A stretch of DNA of 63,993 nt, filler included, from assembly GCA_964501035.1 (NCBI GenBank). It is 6 parts of 6 records of this genome, joined end to end, with 100 filler letters (N's around TTAATTAATTAA, not from the genome) between each part and the next. Parts side by side here need not be neighbours in the genome. Positions count along the whole stretch, not along the records: positions 49,451 to 61,394 come from CAZCRK010000051.1; positions 61,495 to 63,993 come from CAZCRK010000122.1; 4 more parts are not named here. One strand, 5' to 3'. Positions 60,098 to 63,993 of this stretch are shown piece after piece. The notes beneath the pieces are model-generated. The model was given only the letters and a program-made list of their open reading frames with translations, was not told the origin of the DNA and did not search any database. Within the stretch, counting starts at the first letter, position 1. Each line of letters opens with the position of its first letter. Made by a program: the position numbers and the translations under genes.

Positions 60098-61394
60098 AGT
60101 TAAAGTTTAATATATCATCCGGGATGACTTTGCCTATTGCAGTTATTTTTTCTGTTGTGGGTATGGGTATTACATTCTCATACTTGGGTTCCATTTATCA
60201 AAAATCGTATCAACTCAACTATAGAATTGCTGAAACCAAGGCTTTATATAATGCAGAATCTGGAATTGCATTGAATGCACACGGTGTTATGGCAAAAGAT
60301 TTTATTGAATATTCAGAATCAAATACAATTTCCGATTTAGAGGGGAATCCTACCAATATGGGTTCTTATGAAGTAGAAGTAAAAGAGGTGTTAGAAAATC
60401 GAGAATCAAAGAGGTCATCTTTCTCCACAGGGATAGCAACTATTAAAAATCTTTATGGAAAATCACTAACAATAAAAAGATTTAAGAAACTAAAAACATC
60501 TTCTCTACCAGATTTAAGTAAATATTTTTATTTAACTGATTCTGAAAAAGCAGGTGGTGCGCCTTTTGTATTTAATGGCAATATTCCAACTGAAAATCAA
60601 AGAAGAGAAGTTAATTTTAGAAGTAGCGATGTCATTCAGACTGATTTTTGTGAAATTACTTATAAAACAAATGGAACTTTTGTTATGAGTGGACCAACTA
60701 GTGGTGGTTGTCCTACCTTCGAGAATTTAGTTTCAATTGTTGAAGATGATGAAGGTGTGCATTCACCTGACATGAATGGATGCAATGAAAATGCAGTATT
60801 TCAAGCAGAACCTGTTGGATTAGATACTGTTAATGCAACTTGTTTGGATTGGTCTATTATGGAAAGACATTATCGAAAGGTTGAACGTTATGCAGATTTA
60901 ATTTTAGATGCAACAAGTATGCTAAATTGGACTCCTGGTAACTTTATGCGTGATACGCTCATAATGACAGATATAGAATTTTTTGATGATGGACCCGGAG
61001 GGTTTATAGTAAAACAATGGTGGTATTTAATGCCGCCCTATTTGGATACTGATGGATTTAATACACCATTTCCCCAACCCAATGATTTAGCAGGTAGTCA
61101 TGGAGGTTGCCCAAACCATGGACCTGGCGATAATGATTTGCGTTTTTGTGACCCCTATGATGATGCGATGCGAAATTACCATGCAAAGTATCTTGATTGG
61201 CAAGGAAATGAAAGTTTGTTAAACAATACGGTTCAATCTCAATTTGGGCTTCATCATTTTGATTTCCAAGATCAAATTATAGATAGTCATTTACTCCCTG
61301 AATATGTAGATGGTGGCGTAGAATATAATTATAGTCATGGCGATGGTGGTTTTGTCATTTATGTCATCCCTGTTGTATGTTGCTATGAATGCTT
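60094..61394 (+). CDS. PilX-like minor pilin with a large C-terminal domain (3' truncated)
   Basis: SG|MTLPIAVIF lacking Glu5, plus KALYNAESGI, the PilX/GspK pattern. Confidence 0.7.
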
Positions 61395-61494
61395 NNNNNN
61401 NNNNNNNNNNNNNNNNNNNNNNNNNNNNNNNNNNNNNNTTAATTAATTAANNNNNNNNNNNNNNNNNNNNNNNNNNNNNNNNNNNNNNNNNNNN
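61395..61494. other. Artificial contig linker
   Basis: N-run with TTAATTAATTAA. Confidence 0.98.
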
Positions 61495-61495
61495 A

Positions 61496-61828
61496 AATAA
61501 ACCTCCTATAATATTTGGGGATGGAAGGCAAACACGAGACTTTATTCATGTTCATGATGTTGCGAGAGCGTTTAATTCTGCATTAAAATATAAAAAGAAA
61601 AAATTTGATATATTTAATATAGCAACAGGAAAATCCACGTCCATCAATCAATTGGCCAAAATCTTTCTTGTATCCACAAAAAAATTAAATCTTCGACCTA
61701 TTCATAAAAAGCCAGTTTCTGGAGTAGTAATTTTTAGTTCTACAAATCCAAAGAAAATAAAACAATACTTACATCTTACATCGACAATTTTGCTTAAAGA
61801 TGGAATTACAAAACTTATAAAATCCTAA
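61496..61828 (+). CDS. NAD-dependent epimerase/dehydratase, C-terminal fragment (not in the ORF track)
   Basis: Translates NKPPIIFGDGRQTRDFIHVHDVARA...FNIATGKSTSINQLA...LKDGITKLIKS*. Confidence 0.88.
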   Translation, partial: NKPPIIFGDGRQTRDFIHVHDVARAFNSALKYKKKKFDIFNIATGKSTSINQLAKIFLVSTKKLNLRPIHKKPVSGVVIFSSTNPKKIKQYLHLTSTILLKDGITKLIKS

Positions 61829-61899
61829 ATTTGCTAATTCAAAACTATGATAAATCAGCAAATTTAAGACTAGCTTATTTTTATCTATATTGATTAAGA

Positions 61900-62541
61900 A
61901 TGAATGTACTTGCAGTCGCTGCTCATTGGGATGACATTGAGCTTGGATGTGGAATAACTTTAAAGAAATTAAGTAAAAAAGGTCACAATATTTTTACAGT
62001 TGTTATATGTGGTTCACAATATGGAAAGCATGTAAATGAAGGAATGAAGGAATCTGAGGCATTAGAATGTGGACAAAAATCCTTTGAATTAATCGGGGCT
62101 ACTTATATTCCAACAGAAAAAGAACCAAACAGCCAATTAACATACAATAAAAAAACAATGCAAATTTTAGAAGAAATGGCAAATAAAAATAAAATTGATA
62201 CCATTTTTACTCACTGGTTTGGTGATGTGAATACTGATCATAAAGCAACTTGGGAAATATCGCGGACAGCATTTAGAAATGTAAAAAACTTTCTAATGTT
62301 TCAATCTAATTCTTATGGTGATAATGTAAATATTTTCAAACCAAACTTTTACTTTAGTTTCAATAAAGATGAATATAGTTTTAAGGAAAAATTACTATCT
62401 CAGTATACTACAGAGTGGAATAATAGAAAAAATAGATGGACAAGAGAAATTTTTGAGAGAGAAAGATATTGGGGACATATTTCTGGGAATGATTATGCTG
62501 AAGGATTTCAAATAAGTAAACTTGTGGATTTTTTTATTTGA
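61900..62541 (+). CDS. PIG-L / LmbE family N-acetyl sugar deacetylase
   Basis: AAHWDDIELGCG and THWFGDVNTDH metal motifs; YAEGF end. Confidence 0.85.
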   Translation: MNVLAVAAHWDDIELGCGITLKKLSKKGHNIFTVVICGSQYGKHVNEGMKESEALECGQKSFELIGATYIPTEKEPNSQLTYNKKTMQILEEMANKNKIDTIFTHWFGDVNTDHKATWEISRTAFRNVKNFLMFQSNSYGDNVNIFKPNFYFSFNKDEYSFKEKLLSQYTTEWNNRKNRWTREIFERERYWGHISGNDYAEGFQISKLVDFFI

Positions 62542-62554
62542 TTAGGGGAGGTAT

Positions 62555-63340
62555 TTGATGAATGTGAAAAATGATCCGAAGATGATTATAGGTGAAAACT
62601 GTGAAATAGGAAAAAATGTTATTATGACTGGAAATATCAGAATTGGAAATAATTGCAAAATTGGAAATAATATATTATTAAATTCAGTTTCAATTGGTGA
62701 CAATTCAATTATTCAAGATAATTCAGTTATTGGGTACAACACTGTAACTGGACACTATTATGATGATAAACAATCACAAGAAAATAACATTGATTTGAAT
62801 ATTCAATATCATATAACCATCGGAAAAAATGTTCTAATTAGAACAGGATCTACAATTTATCTTGATGTGCAAATTGATGATAATTGCTGGATCAATCATA
62901 ATGCAATAATCAGAGAGAAAGTGAACATATCTAAAGATTCAACTATTGGCTCAAATACTATTTGTGAAAATAATGTTTCAATTGGAAAAAGATGTGTAAT
63001 TCATAATAATACCATGATCTGTGCTGAAACGCTAATTGAATCATTTGTGTTTATTGGACCCGGAGTATCTTTTACAAATAATTCTCCAATTGGCCATTTA
63101 CGAGATAATCCACCCACAATTAGAGGTGCAAAATTACGATTAGGATGTGCTATCGGTGGTGGGGCTACAATTTGCCCGGGAGTCGAAATAGGTAGTGAAG
63201 CAATAATTGCTGCTGGTACTATAGTCACAAAAGATGTTCTTCCAAGAATTATTGTTGCGGGAAATCCAGCAAAGAAAATTAACGATGTAACAAAACAAAG
63301 TTTGATCAAAGAAGAATTTCATCAACAATACAGAGTTTAA
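62555..63340 (+). CDS. Hexapeptide-repeat (left-handed beta-helix) sugar N/O-acyltransferase
   Basis: IGENCEIG repeats; FIGPGVSFTN; IAAGTIVTKDV; VAGNPAK. Confidence 0.88.
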   Translation: MMNVKNDPKMIIGENCEIGKNVIMTGNIRIGNNCKIGNNILLNSVSIGDNSIIQDNSVIGYNTVTGHYYDDKQSQENNIDLNIQYHITIGKNVLIRTGSTIYLDVQIDDNCWINHNAIIREKVNISKDSTIGSNTICENNVSIGKRCVIHNNTMICAETLIESFVFIGPGVSFTNNSPIGHLRDNPPTIRGAKLRLGCAIGGGATICPGVEIGSEAIIAAGTIVTKDVLPRIIVAGNPAKKINDVTKQSLIKEEFHQQYRV

Positions 63341-63391
63341 AAAAATCATTGATTCGAAATACTATAAAACAATAGAAATCGCTAACAAACT

Positions 63392-63993
63392 ATGAATATT
63401 TTAGTCGTTCATGAGGTTGATTGGTTAAAAAAAGTTACATATGAAATCCATCATTTATCGGAACTTTTTTCACTTGAAGGGCATAAAGTATATGCAGTTG
63501 ACATTCCAGATCCAGGAAACTTTTCACTCGACAAAATTATCAGAACGAATGTTGAAGACTATAATCGTGTATATCCAAAATCTTCTGTAAAGATTTTACG
63601 AACACCTGTTATTCCAATCAAGGGACTAAATCGACTTTCTGCCTATTTTACATCATATAAATTCATTAAAAAAATTTTATCTGATTATGAAATTGATATT
63701 GCATTTGTATATTCTATCGTGAACAACATAAAAGGAACTATTCGAGCTTGTAAAGAGCTGAACATTCCAATTATTCACAGAACCTTTGATGTAGTACATG
63801 AACTTATGAATGAGAAATATCTTAGCAAAATTGTATATAAAATAGAAAAAGAATCATATCCAAAATTTAACTTGGTTATTGCAAACACACCTTTTATGAA
63901 AACATGGTCAGAAGAAATGGGAGCTAATAATGTGATTATAATTCCTCAAGGTGTTGATACAAATATTATGAAAAAATTACCAAAGGACAAAGA
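63392..63993 (+). CDS. GT4-type glycosyltransferase, N-terminal part (runs off the window; not in the ORF track)
   Basis: MNILVVHEVDWLKKVTYEIHHLSELFSLEGHKV ... IIPQGVDT, a GT-B N-terminal domain pattern. Confidence 0.8.
   Translation, partial: MNILVVHEVDWLKKVTYEIHHLSELFSLEGHKVYAVDIPDPGNFSLDKIIRTNVEDYNRVYPKSSVKILRTPVIPIKGLNRLSAYFTSYKFIKKILSDYEIDIAFVYSIVNNIKGTIRACKELNIPIIHRTFDVVHELMNEKYLSKIVYKIEKESYPKFNLVIANTPFMKTWSEEMGANNVIIIPQGVDTNIMKKLPKDK

Noticed and set aside
12616..61450. Repeated TTAATTAATTAA as a biological repeat or element end
   Set aside because: It always sits in the middle of a 100-nt N block; it is an all-frame-stop assembly linker.
202..63349. Numerous short antisense or overlapping ORFs in the track (e.g. 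202-528, 10915-11256, 17746-17946, 35733-36152, 55490-55978, 57692-58015)
   Set aside because: They are shadows of well-supported genes or overlap promoter regions, and show no recognisable motifs.

Overview
This is AT-rich bacterial DNA made of six assembly contigs joined by artificial 100-nt N/TTAATTAATTAA linkers, plus one internal 100-N gap, so neighbourhoods across the joins are not biological. Gene content suggests an FCB-group marine bacterium, probably Marinimicrobia-like; this is an inference from the rplM-rpsI-rpsB-tsf-pyrH-frr order, the short EF-Ts, dockerin-tailed secreted proteins, Cys-rich GCxD repeats and a T9SS-like C-terminal domain. Contig 1 holds tRNA-Val, ctpA, tmk, rsmI, lysine catabolism genes (lat + ALDH7), an orphan oppD-type ATPase and a tightly packed uncharacterised cluster (GlmL-like ASKHA protein, a barrel-sandwich/KOW protein, a small protein and four membrane-associated proteins). 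That cluster is the best candidate for an undescribed membrane machine. Contig 2 holds a comF fragment, a protease/propeller/Omp85 fusion, an Rrf2 regulator divergent from a CcoP-like cytochrome c, an M20 amidohydrolase with a YbdK ligase, purL, yjbQ and tnaA. Contig 3 holds sufBCDUTS, a patatin-POTRA-barrel protein with an apparent ATC start, and an arylsulfotransferase / LRR-dockerin / sulfotransferase / START cluster. Contig 4 holds pyrBC, translation genes, a thioredoxin, DUF512-der, a secreted metalloprotease, yigZ and tRNA-fMet. Contig 5 holds the poly-gamma-glutamate genes pgsB-pgsC-pgsW with two exported proteins, a gingipain-like C25 dockerin protein lacking the catalytic His, and a type IV pilus locus. 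Contig 6 holds surface-polysaccharide genes. All family calls come from motif recognition, not database searches.
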